From IMG/VR virus record IMGVR_UViG_3300030202_002001, positions 1 through 64,000 of that record: DNA of 64,000 nucleotides. The stretch is one strand, 5' to 3'. Made by a program: the position numbers and the translations under genes. Shown piece after piece: positions 14,878 to 27,100 of this stretch (within the stretch, counting starts at the first letter, position 1; each line of letters begins with the position of its first letter). Source of the stretch: a virus. Under the pieces are notes generated by a model, which worked only from the letters and a program-made list of their open reading frames with translations, ran no database searches and was not told the origin of the DNA.

Positions 14878-15596
14878 GTCAACTTATCATCAATCTTCCT
14901 TCACAAAAGGTCTGGGTTCGTAAAGAATACCTTAGAGATCTTAAAGATGGATTTGGTGAGTTTGTAGAGGGCGTTTGGGTATCGTGTAAATCGATTCCTG
15001 GACGCGCTTTTTATTTTGAGACATACTTACCTGAGTATGGAGCAATGTTTGACAAACTCCCTATCTCTGCATTCTTGTCGCGCCCCGAAACGCCGACGCC
15101 CGATCTGGATCTCCCTAACCTACAGTTCTGGAACTGCATGGACTATGGCGTCAGATGCCTTGAGAAGCAGTTTATCGGGTCAATGGACTTCGAGGTACGC
15201 ACACGCAACTTTGGATCAATGAGGGGCGAATACTGCTTCACTCTGGACAACTATCATCCAGATTGTGATACTACAAATAGTAATGTGAGTGAAGTTCCTG
15301 ACGAACACAAATCACATAACTGTATTGAGTTGGATAATGGCCAGTTCTGTTTGTATCCCAATAACCGAACTCGGATCTATGATCTGTCAATTACACCAGA
15401 GAATCCTAAGACACCTGATTTTAAGGTAAGTACAAAATACTTCCAAGTAGAGAATGGTATTAGATGGGGTCGCTTAGGCGATACTGATGAGTATTTCTGG
15501 GAGACAGAAGAGGAACAACGATCTAATGATAATCTGATGGCAGATATTGATGATCAATACTCTCATCATTTTGATCATGACAACCCAAATAAATAG
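14874..15596 (+). CDS. Conserved cyanophage hypothetical protein
   Basis: 240 aa ORF in the conserved position upstream of gp25. Confidence 0.8.
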   Translation: MSQLIINLPSQKVWVRKEYLRDLKDGFGEFVEGVWVSCKSIPGRAFYFETYLPEYGAMFDKLPISAFLSRPETPTPDLDLPNLQFWNCMDYGVRCLEKQFIGSMDFEVRTRNFGSMRGEYCFTLDNYHPDCDTTNSNVSEVPDEHKSHNCIELDNGQFCLYPNNRTRIYDLSITPENPKTPDFKVSTKYFQVENGIRWGRLGDTDEYFWETEEEQRSNDNLMADIDDQYSHHFDHDNPNK

Positions 15597-15614
15597 CAAA
15601 ATAGGAATCTAACT

Positions 15615-15764
15615 ATGACAGAACCAAAAAGCGACTTTTTAGACAATCTTGCTGCCCATCAGCATGAGAAATTGCTTCGCGAAGTAGTGGGTGAAGGCAA
15701 AAAAGATCTCAAAAGACAAACCTTATTGTCCGAAGAGGTAGATACTGACCTAGAGACCCTATAA
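15615..15764 (+). CDS. Small hypothetical protein (49 aa)
   Basis: Read manually: MTEPKSDFLDNLAAHQHEKLLREV...; preceded by AATAAATA at 15588. Confidence 0.55.
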   Translation: MTEPKSDFLDNLAAHQHEKLLREVVGEGKKDLKRQTLLSEEVDTDLETL

Positions 15765-15767
15765 ATA
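15760..15767 (+). promoter_or_regulatory. T4-type late promoter TATAAATA
   Basis: Exact consensus upstream of gp25. Confidence 0.8.
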
Positions 15768-15790
15768 AGCTTGAAATATAGTGTCATTTC

Positions 15791-16189
15791 ATGCCTGAAA
15801 CCAATTCACAGGCGTTTCAGGACATTAGTTTGTCCTTTAAAGCACACCCTGTAACTGGTGACATCCAAGTTCTTAGGAATGAGGATGCGATTAAGCGTGC
15901 TGTGAGGAATTTGGTCCAAACAATCCCTGGAGAAAGACCTTTTCAGGATACTGTTGGTACTGATGTTACCAGTTCACTGTTTGATTTTGTTGATTTTGGT
16001 TCAGCGAACCTAATTTCTCAACAAATTTTTGATGTTTTGAGTAATTATGAGTCTAGGATAGCAAATACTAAGGTCGTAGTGCGTCCAAATCCTGATGATA
16101 ATGCATTTGATATCTTAATTAACTACGATATTGTTGGTGATGAGTTCCCTAGGCAAGAATTTCAGTTTATTTTAGAGCCAACTAGGTAA
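15791..16189 (+). CDS. gp25: Baseplate wedge subunit gp25
   Basis: DISLSF..HP...D......AIKR.V.NL..T..GERPF. Confidence 0.9.
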   Translation: MPETNSQAFQDISLSFKAHPVTGDIQVLRNEDAIKRAVRNLVQTIPGERPFQDTVGTDVTSSLFDFVDFGSANLISQQIFDVLSNYESRIANTKVVVRPNPDDNAFDILINYDIVGDEFPRQEFQFILEPTR

Positions 16190-16193
16190 GAAA

Positions 16194-18113
16194 ATGCCAT
16201 CTTTTAAGTACACTAATCTAAATTTCGACCAAATTAAGGGTTCTATTAAGGATTACTTGAGGTCAAACTCAGAATTTGCTGATTTTGACTTTGAGGGATC
16301 GAATATGTCCCTGTTAATTGATATTTTAGCGTACAATACTTACATTACGGCATTCAATAGCAATATGGTTGCCAATGAATCCTTCTTGGATTCAGCAACT
16401 TTGAGAGAAAATGTCGTTTCTCTTGCAAGAAACATCGGGTATGTTCCCAGATCGCGTAAAGCAGCGGAATGTATCATCAATTTAGAGTTTAAATTCAACG
16501 GAAACAGCACAACTGTCAGTCTGAAGAATGGATTAGTTGTTGTTGGTAGTGTTGATAATACGGCTTATGTGTTTTCTATCCCAGAAGACATCGTTGCAAG
16601 CAGTCCAATCGACGCAGGAGGCACTGCTGGGTCAAATCCTCCGCGTACAGCAAACTTTAATAATATTACAGTCTTTCAAGGATCGTTTTTAACAAAATCT
16701 TTCCTCGTAAACGGAAGCACAGATCAAAGATTTATCATTGACAACTCAAATGTTGACATTGACACTCTTAGAGTCAATGTTAAAAAGTCTGGAGCAACTG
16801 CTGGACTGTCATTTTCCAAAGTTGACAACATTATTGGCGTTACGAAAGACTCAAATATATTTTTAACACAAGAAGCACCAAATGAGACCTACGAATTACT
16901 ATTCGGAGACGGTCTTTTTGGTTCAAAGTTAGAACAGGGCGATACAGTCGAAATTAGTTACATTGTCACCGATGGAAAATTCGGTAATGAAGGCAAAAAC
17001 TTCATATTTTCGGGTGATGTTCGTGATGATGCCGATAATTCTTTGGTATCTACCAATATAGTCAATGTAACGACTGTTCAGAGCGCCCGTAGTGGCGGTG
17101 AGATCGAGCCAGTTGACTCTATACGATACTTTGCACCTAGAATGTACTCCGCGCAGAACAGGGCGGTTACACCTAGGGACTATGAGGCCATCATTCAGAG
17201 AATTTACGCAAATACAGAGTCAGTTTCTGTTGTTGGTGGTGAAGAGTTGGACCCTCCAGAGTTCGGAACGGTGGTTTTGAGCATCAAACCCGTAAATGGC
17301 ACATTCTTGTCTGACTTTACTAAGCAGAATATCTTGAATGGTCTGAAGAGTTATGCAATTGCTGGTATTAATCAAAGAATCGAAGATCTGAAGATCTTAT
17401 ACATCGAACTTGACACTTCAGTTTACTACAATAACACAATTTTTGATAATAAGAACGAATTGAAAGCAGAAGTTACCGCTTCTTTGGAAACTTATGGTAA
17501 ATCTACAAATTTAAATAAGTTTGGAGGTAGATTTAAATATTCTGAAGCGCAAAATATCATCGATAGCACAAATAATTCAATTACATCCAATATTACAAAG
17601 GTAACAATTCGTAGAGATCTTAAAGTTCTTGCCGATACGACTGCTCAATATGAATTATGCTTCGGAAACCAATTCCATATCTTACCTGGAGGGGGAACAG
17701 TCAAGTCTACGGGATTCACAATTGCAGGTGATCCTGAATTTGTATATTTGACCGATATCCCTAGAGGTGATGGTCAATTTGGAGATATTGCTATTTTCAA
17801 ACCCGCAAAACTGGAAGGTGAATCTGAAGAGGTTGTTATCAAATCTGCAGGAACAGTAGATTACTTAAAAGGTGAAATTTTACTTAACGCCGTCACTATT
17901 ACCTCTACAGTCAAAAATGATAACATTGTTGAAGTGCAGGCATACCCAGAATCTAATGATGTTATCGGATTGAAAGATATTTACCTCAGTCTAGATCTAT
18001 CAAATTCTGAGATAAATATCGTGAGAGACACGATTTCTTCTGGCCAGCAAATTTCTGGCATTGGATACCAAATCACATCTAGCTACTCCAACGGATCGCT
18101 AATCAGACAGTAG
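16194..18113 (+). CDS. gp6: Baseplate wedge subunit gp6
   Basis: LNFDQIK..IKDYL...DFDFEGSN, ESFLDSA.LREN, YEL.FGDG, QNRAVT..DY. Confidence 0.92.
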   Translation: MPSFKYTNLNFDQIKGSIKDYLRSNSEFADFDFEGSNMSLLIDILAYNTYITAFNSNMVANESFLDSATLRENVVSLARNIGYVPRSRKAAECIINLEFKFNGNSTTVSLKNGLVVVGSVDNTAYVFSIPEDIVASSPIDAGGTAGSNPPRTANFNNITVFQGSFLTKSFLVNGSTDQRFIIDNSNVDIDTLRVNVKKSGATAGLSFSKVDNIIGVTKDSNIFLTQEAPNETYELLFGDGLFGSKLEQGDTVEISYIVTDGKFGNEGKNFIFSGDVRDDADNSLVSTNIVNVTTVQSARSGGEIEPVDSIRYFAPRMYSAQNRAVTPRDYEAIIQRIYANTESVSVVGGEELDPPEFGTVVLSIKPVNGTFLSDFTKQNILNGLKSYAIAGINQRIEDLKILYIELDTSVYYNNTIFDNKNELKAEVTASLETYGKSTNLNKFGGRFKYSEAQNIIDSTNNSITSNITKVTIRRDLKVLADTTAQYELCFGNQFHILPGGGTVKSTGFTIAGDPEFVYLTDIPRGDGQFGDIAIFKPAKLEGESEEVVIKSAGTVDYLKGEILLNAVTITSTVKNDNIVEVQAYPESNDVIGLKDIYLSLDLSNSEINIVRDTISSGQQISGIGYQITSSYSNGSLIRQ

Positions 18114-18114
18114 G

Positions 18115-21100
18115 ATGATAGAAACAAACTCCCCATTAAGCCCACGGGTAAAGACATATCAGACTATTTCTGAATCTATACCCGAATTTGCGATATCGGA
18201 AAATCCAAAGTTTGTTGATTTTTTAACTCAGTATTATATCTCACAGGATTACCAAGGTGGACCTGCAGATATTGCTGAGAATATTGATGCATACATCAAA
18301 ATTGATAATCTTACTGTAGATGTAATTAGAGGCGGGACAACACTAACAAATACCATTTCTGCAACTGATGATGTACTCACAGTAGAAAGCACGGATGGAT
18401 ATCCCGATAAACATGGTCTAATTAAGATTGATAATGAGATTATAACCTATGACCAAAAAACTCAAACTAGTTTTACTGGATGTACGAGAGGGTTCAGCGG
18501 GATTAGTTCCTACTCTGCACCTAATAATCCTGGGAATTTAGTCTGGCAGCAAACTGTTGCTGCAGAGCATCTTAGTGGTGCCGCTGCTCAGAATGTTAGT
18601 GCTCTTTTCCTAAAAGAGTTCTACAAGAAATTGAAGTCCATGTATGCTCCTGGTTTAGAAGGAGTGAACCTGTCACCTCAACTGGATATTAATAATTTCA
18701 TTAAAGAAGCGAGAAGTTTATATGAATCAAAGGGAACTGAGGATTCTTTCAAGATTCTCTTCAAAGCGTTATTTGGAATTGACCCCAAAATCAACGATCT
18801 TGAGAAATATCTCATCAAACCCTCATATGCAAACTATGTAAGGAGAAAAACACTCTCTCTTGAGTTAATTTCTGGAGACCCCGCAAAACTTGTAGGTGAA
18901 ACTCTCTATCAGGACAATGATCCACTGAACGATAAGTTCAATGCGGCATCTGGTCCTATTTCTGAAGTTTCCAACATCAGAGACAACTATTTTAAATTAT
19001 CACTCTTTACTGGTTTTGATGAAAGATCACTTACTGATGGTATTTTCGTAGTTCCTGGTAAAACTAGAAATATTGGTGACATTGGTATTGGTGCGTCTGT
19101 ACTTACAGTTGATTCCACAATCGGATTCTCTAGCACAGGCACTCTGTCTATTGGAGCAACAACTTACACTTATGGACAGAAGAGTATTAATCAGTTCTTT
19201 GAGGTATCTCCACCAGTTAAGGATACAATTAAAAATAATACTGATATTTCTGCTCCTAACATCGTTTATGGTTTTGAGGAAGGAGATTCTAGTAAAAGAG
19301 TAGAATTTAAGGTCACTGGTGTACTTAACAAATTCCTCTCAAACGAGGTTTTGACAAGCCTTGATGATGACTCATCTATTAGAATTAGAAACCTGGGTAG
19401 ATTGATCGATAACCCAGAAATCAACAGAGGATACGAAGAAATTTTCTTCAATTCCTGGGTTTACAATACATCTACTAGATATGAGATTGATTCCTTCGGT
19501 GGATCCAGTTTTCTTCTGACTGGAACCCTTGATAAGAGTAGTTTGCGTAAAAATGATAAAGTTGATATTGTTAATAGAAATTCTGAGTTAGTTGCAGCAA
19601 CTGGACTGACTGTTGCGTCGGTGAATACTTCTACAAACACTGTTACTCTTTCTGGTAACATTCCTACACTGGATTCTTCATTAAAATACGATATTCGTCG
19701 AGTCCAATTCAAAGCAAGTTCTTCAACCGTCCCTATTAAGGGTGGACAAGATCAATTATTGGCAGATATTAATAATTCTTATATTGAAACTGAAAATGAA
19801 TCTGCAACTGGCAAAAGAGAGGGTTATGTAGCGTCTAGTTCTCTTCCTAGTTATCTTATTAATTCAGATAAAATTAGATCCACATTAATTGCCCCTACTG
19901 TCGCTCTTGGAAACTTTGACAACTACAATAGTGTAGAAGATGCATACTCTACACTTGCATTTACCAATGATGTTCCGTTTAGAACTGGTGACGAGATTAC
20001 ATATGTTCCTTCAGAGGGAACAGTTGCTATTAGTGGTCTTGAGCAAAAGAATTACTTTGTAAAAGTACTTAATCCTGCTAATAGGATTGAATTGTACACA
20101 TCTCGTGCCTTTATTAAGGCACAATTACCCGAATACTTCAATCCAATCGGATCTGGAGGAACTCATGACTTTATTCTTGCATCTCAAGGAAAAAGAGAGA
20201 TTTTTCCATCTAGACCTATTCGTAGATTTACTCTAGAGCAAAATCTCAAGAGTGGAAAAGAAGCACAGACAACATCTGAGGTTACTGCAGATGGTAATAC
20301 GGGTATGCTTGTTAATGGCCTTGAAATTCTCAATTATAAGGGAGAAGATCAGGTTTTCTATGGTCCTTTAAGTGCCATTAATGTTTTAAGTGGTGGTACT
20401 GGATATGATGTTCAAAATCCTCCAAATATCACTATTACTGATTCTACAGTTAGTGTAGCGAATACTGCTGGAGGTATTGTTTCTGTTGCAGGGACGGTTT
20501 CTGCCGTTTTTGTTGATCCAGTAGACTTTGACATTGATAAAGTTATTAGTGTTCAAATATTTGGAGGTAATGGTTCTGGAGCGCGTGGTAGAGCATTACT
20601 TGAGGAAAGATACCGTGAGATTCCCTTTAGCGGCATCAGCACCCTTTCTGGAGGCAATGTAGAGGCAGTTAATGACAGGTTTACCTTTGGATCCAATCAC
20701 AATTTAGTAACTGGCAATAGAATTGTTTATGACAGCAATGGAAATAGCAATTTAGGTATTGCTACTACTGGTGGATCAAAAGATGAGTTGACCCTAATGA
20801 GTGGTCAAGATTACTATGTAAGATCTTCTGGCAATCTCTCTCTATTCCTTCATTACTCAAAATCCGACTCTGTTCTAGGAATCAATACAATTTCTATCTC
20901 AGAAGATGCTGCATCTAGCAATAGTGGTCAGCATATCTTCAGAACTTTTGAGAAGAAGAAAACAATCTCTAGAATCAATATTGAGGATAGTGGTAGTGGA
21001 TATGCAAGTAGAAAATTATATGTAAAACCCGTAGGTATCAATACATTTGCTGATAGTGTGTATTTTGAGAATCACGGATTTGTCGATGGAGATATTGTAA

Positions 21101-24100
21101 ATTATTCCTTTGAAACCACTGGTATCACTGGATTAAGCACAACAAAACAATATAAAGTATTGAGATTAAGCGACTCTTCTTTTAGATTAGCAGAGTCTGG
21201 TAATAAGGGCGATGTATTACCTACTGATACGAATTACGATAAGAGAATCCATGCATTCTTAGATTCTCATGGATCTGGTCTTCAAAGATTTGAATATCCC
21301 GAAATTCAATGTACTGTTAAGGTATTAACCGAAGATCAGCAGGAACAGGAACTCACAGCAACACCAATTGTAAGAGGTGATATTACAGATGTAGTTCTGT
21401 ACGAACCAGGAGCTAATTATGGTTCTACAATTATTAATTTCCTCAATCCGCCAACTATTTCTGTTCCTAGAGGATCTTTAGGTCAAATTGGTCTGATTTT
21501 CTCTAATGGTAGAATTATTACCGCATTTGTTCAAGCTGGTGGTAGTGGTTACTCTGGTCCTCCTGATATTCAAGTTTCTAGTGCTAGCACAGAGGCTAAC
21601 GGTGCCGTTCTCAGAGCAATTGTAAATGACACTGGTAATATTACTGAGGTTAAGGTAATTTCTGGCGGTGTTGGATATGCTGCTAGTACTACTTCAGTAG
21701 CAATCACTCCAGTAGGAAGCAACTTAAGACTTGAGGCAGCATTAAGACCATTATTGATTAATAAGTCATATGGACTCAATGATACCGAATTAGATTACCT
21801 TGCCCCCTTTGGGGATGGTGTTGCAGTCAACTATATTGGTTATGGTAACTCTATCAGAAATTTCTTTGAGGATGATGGATCTAGCCACTCTCCTATCATT
21901 GGTTGGGCATATGATGGCAATCCAATTTACGGTCCATATGGATTAGAAGATCCTGATAACATCCAGTCTGATGTTAAGAGACAAGTGACTAGTTATAATA
22001 TTAATGCTACAAATATTGAAAATCGTCCTCCTATTTCAGAGTTTCCGTATGGATCACTGATTGAGGATTATGTTTACGACGGATCTGGAGATCTTGATGA
22101 ACATAATGGTAAGTTCACCAAAACTCCCGACTTTCCTAAAGGCGTTTATGCATATTTTGCGTCTGTAGATAATATCAATAAACCACTCTTCCCATATTTC
22201 ATCGGAGATACTTTCCGTAGTTTTGCCATTCCAGAAAACACTGTTAGGGGTTTGGTAATTGATCAGACCAACTTTGACTTTGAAAGTTCTAAGTTGGTAA
22301 GAAACACCTTCCCATATAACATCTTTGGCGATGGTAAGGTATATGATTATGTCTTCCAACCTTACAAAACCAATAACCAAGAAGCAAGACCAGATAGTTT
22401 AGGTGTTGGTTCAATTACCAGTATTGATGTATCTTTCCGTGGATCTGGTTATAGTGTAAATGATAAACTTGTTTTTGATGAGACTGGAACTAATGGCGGC
22501 GGAGTTTCTGCAGAAGTTCAACAAATTTTTGGAGCGGATATTGCTAAAGTAAGTAGTCAGATTGTATCTTTCTCGAATATGCCGTTTAAGGTAGGAAGAG
22601 AAAGAACAACATTTAAAATCTCCCCATATCATGAGTTTAAGGAAAATGATTTTGTAAGAATTACTGGTGTCAGCACATTTGTTTCTGGTATAGAAGAATT
22701 CCACAAAATTTCTGTAACTCCTTATTTTACAAATCTTGAGCAAGATGGATATTCTGGAATTGTTACTGATTTAAAAGTCAATCTTGTTCCACCAAATGTT
22801 TCCGCTGGTGATTCTATCGGGATTGGAACAGAAACAATGCGTATTCTTAACGCATTCCCAAGTGAAAAAATTCTTAGAGTAGAAAGGTATGCTGGATTTG
22901 CTACAGCTGCTGTAGGTGCTGCTGTTACCTATTTTACTAGCGAGTTTAGTTTCCCACTTAAAGAAACTACCCCAATTGATTCTAGATTCCAAGAATTTTA
23001 TTATTTCAATCCTAAAGAGTCTGTTGGAGTTGGAACCACAGTTGGTTTCTCCACATCCGTAAATGTTTCATTGAATGGAGTAACTAAAACTAGATCAATT
23101 ATCTCACAATCTATTCATATTGGTGAGCATGATCTTAAAACTAATGATTTAGTCACATTCAGTAAAAATGGAAATGCAGTAATCAATGCTACTGATTCAA
23201 TTAGTCCTTATACTGCTCCCAGTGCTCTTGGATCAAGTCTATATGCAGTTCGTAAGACTTCCACTACGATTGGTCTTAAGACCTCTCCTGATGGCGCAGA
23301 GCTCTTCTTCACTAACACTGGTGATGATGCTGCAAATTATTATTTCCAGACAAATTATAATCAGGAAACTTCTGATGTTGAAAGAGGTGAATTAACTGTT
23401 CAAACCACTGGCGCACATAATCTTAGTATTGGTGATAGAGTAAACCTCACAGTAAAACCTGGTCTTACCACTGGAATTGGACCAAATGAAGATATTACAG
23501 TCAAACTATTAGATAATAACTTAATTATTAATCCTATTGATCTACCCACAACGGGTGTCAATACGGTAACAAATACTTTCACTATTTCTGATCATGGTTT
23601 GGAAACTGGATTCAAAGTCTTGGCCTATGGTGCTTTGGGTATTGAGGATACTCTTCCCGATAGGTTATTCCAAAGAGCATACTTTGTCCTGAAGGTTGAT
23701 AATGATCAGTTCCAATTATCAGATTCTAGAAGTCAGTTATTCTTAGATCCTCCAGAAGTTGTAAATGTAACTGGCGTTGGATCTACGGGACAAACAATAA
23801 ATCCAATCAATCCACCTCTACAGATAACTAAAAATAATAATGTAGTATTTAATTTGAACGATCCATCACTTCTTGGTGGTAAATTAAAAATCTTCTACGA
23901 TAGCAATTACTTCAATGAGTTTGTAGGAAGTGGAACTACGGATAATTTAGAGGTTGTCAATGTCAATACGGTTGGACTTGGAACTACAGTTCCATCTGAC
24001 ATGGCTAAATTGACATTAAATTATAATAATTCGTTTACAAGCGAAGTTTATTATGGTTTGGAAAAAGGTGGTTATATGTCAACCTCGGATACTGGGGTTG

Positions 24101-27100
24101 TAGCATATAACAAGATTGGTTTCATTGATAGTGCATTTAATGGAAAATATAATGTAACTGGTGTTGCGGGGACAGAGTTTACGACAACTCTCTCTGTGGA
24201 TCCAGAAAAATCTAATTACTCTGTAGGAGATTGCACTGACCTTTTCTACACCACAACATCTATTGGTGCAACTGGTGGTATCTCAAAGATTCGTTTGATT
24301 AATAATGGATTTGGTTATCAGAAGATTCCTGCAGTTACATCTATTGGAAACAGTGGAATTAGTGCTAATCTCCTCCTTTCTGGACCAGACATCAACAGAA
24401 TGGATAGCGTGACTGTTCCTACGGATGTTTACGGTTATCCCTCTGATAATACTCTGAAACCAGACGCATTCTTACCTAGAACAGTATTTGTAAAAAATGC
24501 AAATAGAGTAATTGATGTTGAAGTTACTTTTGGTGGTAAATCCTACTTGAACGCACCTTCTCTTGCGTTGTATGATAAGTCAACGGGAGAAATTGTACAA
24601 AATGGTTTGCTTACTTGCGATCTTAGTGATTCCGCTGTAAACACGGCTCAAGTTGTTGTACAACCTAGAGGATTGACAGGAAACGACTATGGTGTCGCTC
24701 CTCTGCAAAACAGTAACGGAATTTCTATTATTCAGGCATTCTCCGATGTTGGTGTTCTTACATGTAAGATTACTACACCTGTTCTTGGTTATGTCAATGA
24801 ACCATTTACTGTTGGTGAAACAGTATTCCTTGAGGGTATTCAGTTTAATGGTGATGGTGATGGATTTAACTCTGGAGACTATAAGTTTGTCAATTTTCAA
24901 ATTGATGATTATAACTCGGCAACAAACCCAAGAGAAGTATCATTTAAATATACTGGACTCACAACAAATGTTGGTACTGGTGCAACTGTAGTTCCTGGTT
25001 TTGGTCAAATTGTAAAGGCAGGCAACTTAGCACAATTTAGTTGCTCTAAAGCTTTCTCACCTTTCTCTAAAAACGAACCTCTCAGAAGAAATGATGACCC
25101 ATCTACTGATCTGATTTTGAGATCTATTGATACCAATACTGGTATTATGATTATTGAGGGTGCTAGACCTCTGGAAGCAGACGATCTTCTCGTAGGAACC
25201 AATAGTGGTGACCGTGCTGAAGTTGATAGTGTCACTGTATTCGATGGTTATTATGATATCGATTCTACAATTGATACTGCTATTGGATGGTCTGATAACA
25301 TTGGATTGATCGGTGATAGTAATCAATTCCTTCCCGATAATGATTATTATCAAAACTTGTCATATGCAATTGAAAGTGATAAGACATACGAAGAGATTAT
25401 TACCTATGTAAATGATATTGTCCACCCCGCTGGACTGAAAAACTTTGCTAATACTCAAATTCTATCTGTTGGTGATGCTGGAGAATCAACAAGACCCGCA
25501 GATGATGCTGGTGGATTTGTTCTTGACTTTATTAGCGATCCGTTAAGAGTTGATGCAATTTATGGTTTTGACCTTGCTAGAGATGTAGATTCTTCTAATA
25601 ATGTTTCCAAGTTCGTAGAACTAAGATCTACCAGACTTGCAGATTTTATTCTCAATAAGACAAATAGAGTTCTTATCCATGATGACATCAGTCCTCAGTT
25701 TGTTAGCAACGAATCTAATGATTTAAGCGATGATAGAACTATCGCCGCGGCCGTTGCTGGTAGAAACTTTGCAAGATATCTGATTCTCACTTCTCATGAT
25801 GCTGAGAATCCACTCAACAATCAATATCAGTTCAACGAAGTTGTTCTAGTTGCAATTGAAGGCAATACTTATCTACTTCAGAAATCTCAGATAAACAATA
25901 CTAACAATGTTGGACTTGCGACTGGATATGCAGAGTTCTTTGCCTTCTTTAATGCAAATGACAATATTACTGAGGTAAGAATCAAACCTTATGAGACATT
26001 TGACACCAACTATGATATTAAGGCATTCCAGCAAGGATTTGCTTCTGATGTAGGTATTGGTTCAGTCAATACTGGCAATGTAGTAAACTCTTCTGCTAAT
26101 GTTACCGTTTCTGCTGGAACAACAACAGAAATCACTGGATTTAGTACAGATACATTTGTTGCTGGTATTGGGCACTTTGTTATCGTAGACAATGCCGATA
26201 ATAAGGTAGATTATGTTGAGTTGGCTCTGCAACATGATGGAACAGATACCTATCTGACCGAGTTGGCATCATTCAATACTCGTCAGAGTCTTGGTGGTCT
26301 TTCTTCCCCAACATTCATGGGAACATTCACTTCTTCAATCGAAAGTGGAGTTGTCAAGATCAATTATATTCATAATGAGTTAATTCCATTATCTGTTAGA
26401 AGTAAATTTGTATCTTTTGAGAATGTTGGACTTGGTACAACCACAGTCAGACACCTTAATCTAGAATTTACTCCAGAAGGAACAGAAAGGACCGCAAGAG
26501 TAGTTGTGGGATCCTCAGCAACTACAGGTATTTCCACGGTTGTTGGAGTTACTAGTTTTACCGATCTTGCGTTCAAATCAACAGTTCATGTTGCTTTTGG
26601 ATCTACACAGACATTACATCAAGTTTATGTAATGTCCGATCCCGAAAAAGGAGACACATTTATTTCACAGCAACCAATTGCTGCCATTGGAACAACTACT
26701 GGAATCGGTACATTTGGTGCTGAGTTTAGTGGAACCCAATTAAATCTAGAATTCTATCCAGATGCAGGTGTATCTGGAATGGTAAGCATTTATTCTTACA
26801 ACGAAGTTCTTTATAAAGATGCTGATCCTAACGGTACTCTTGCTGGTATTGGTTCATTTGATTACGGTAAGGTATTTGAAAATGTTACTCAGAACACATA
26901 TCTGGGTATCAACAATAGAAATCTCAGAAGCTTTGATCTTAAATATCAGGGAACTCCAATCTATGAGAGAAATCTAAACCCACAAAACCCCAATCAACTT
27001 GATTTTGGCACGGGTCTAATCAGTTTCAAACACTTCTTCTCTAATACTGAAGAAGTTTCTTACAATCCAGGATCAAATATCGTTGGTGTTGCTGCCAGTG

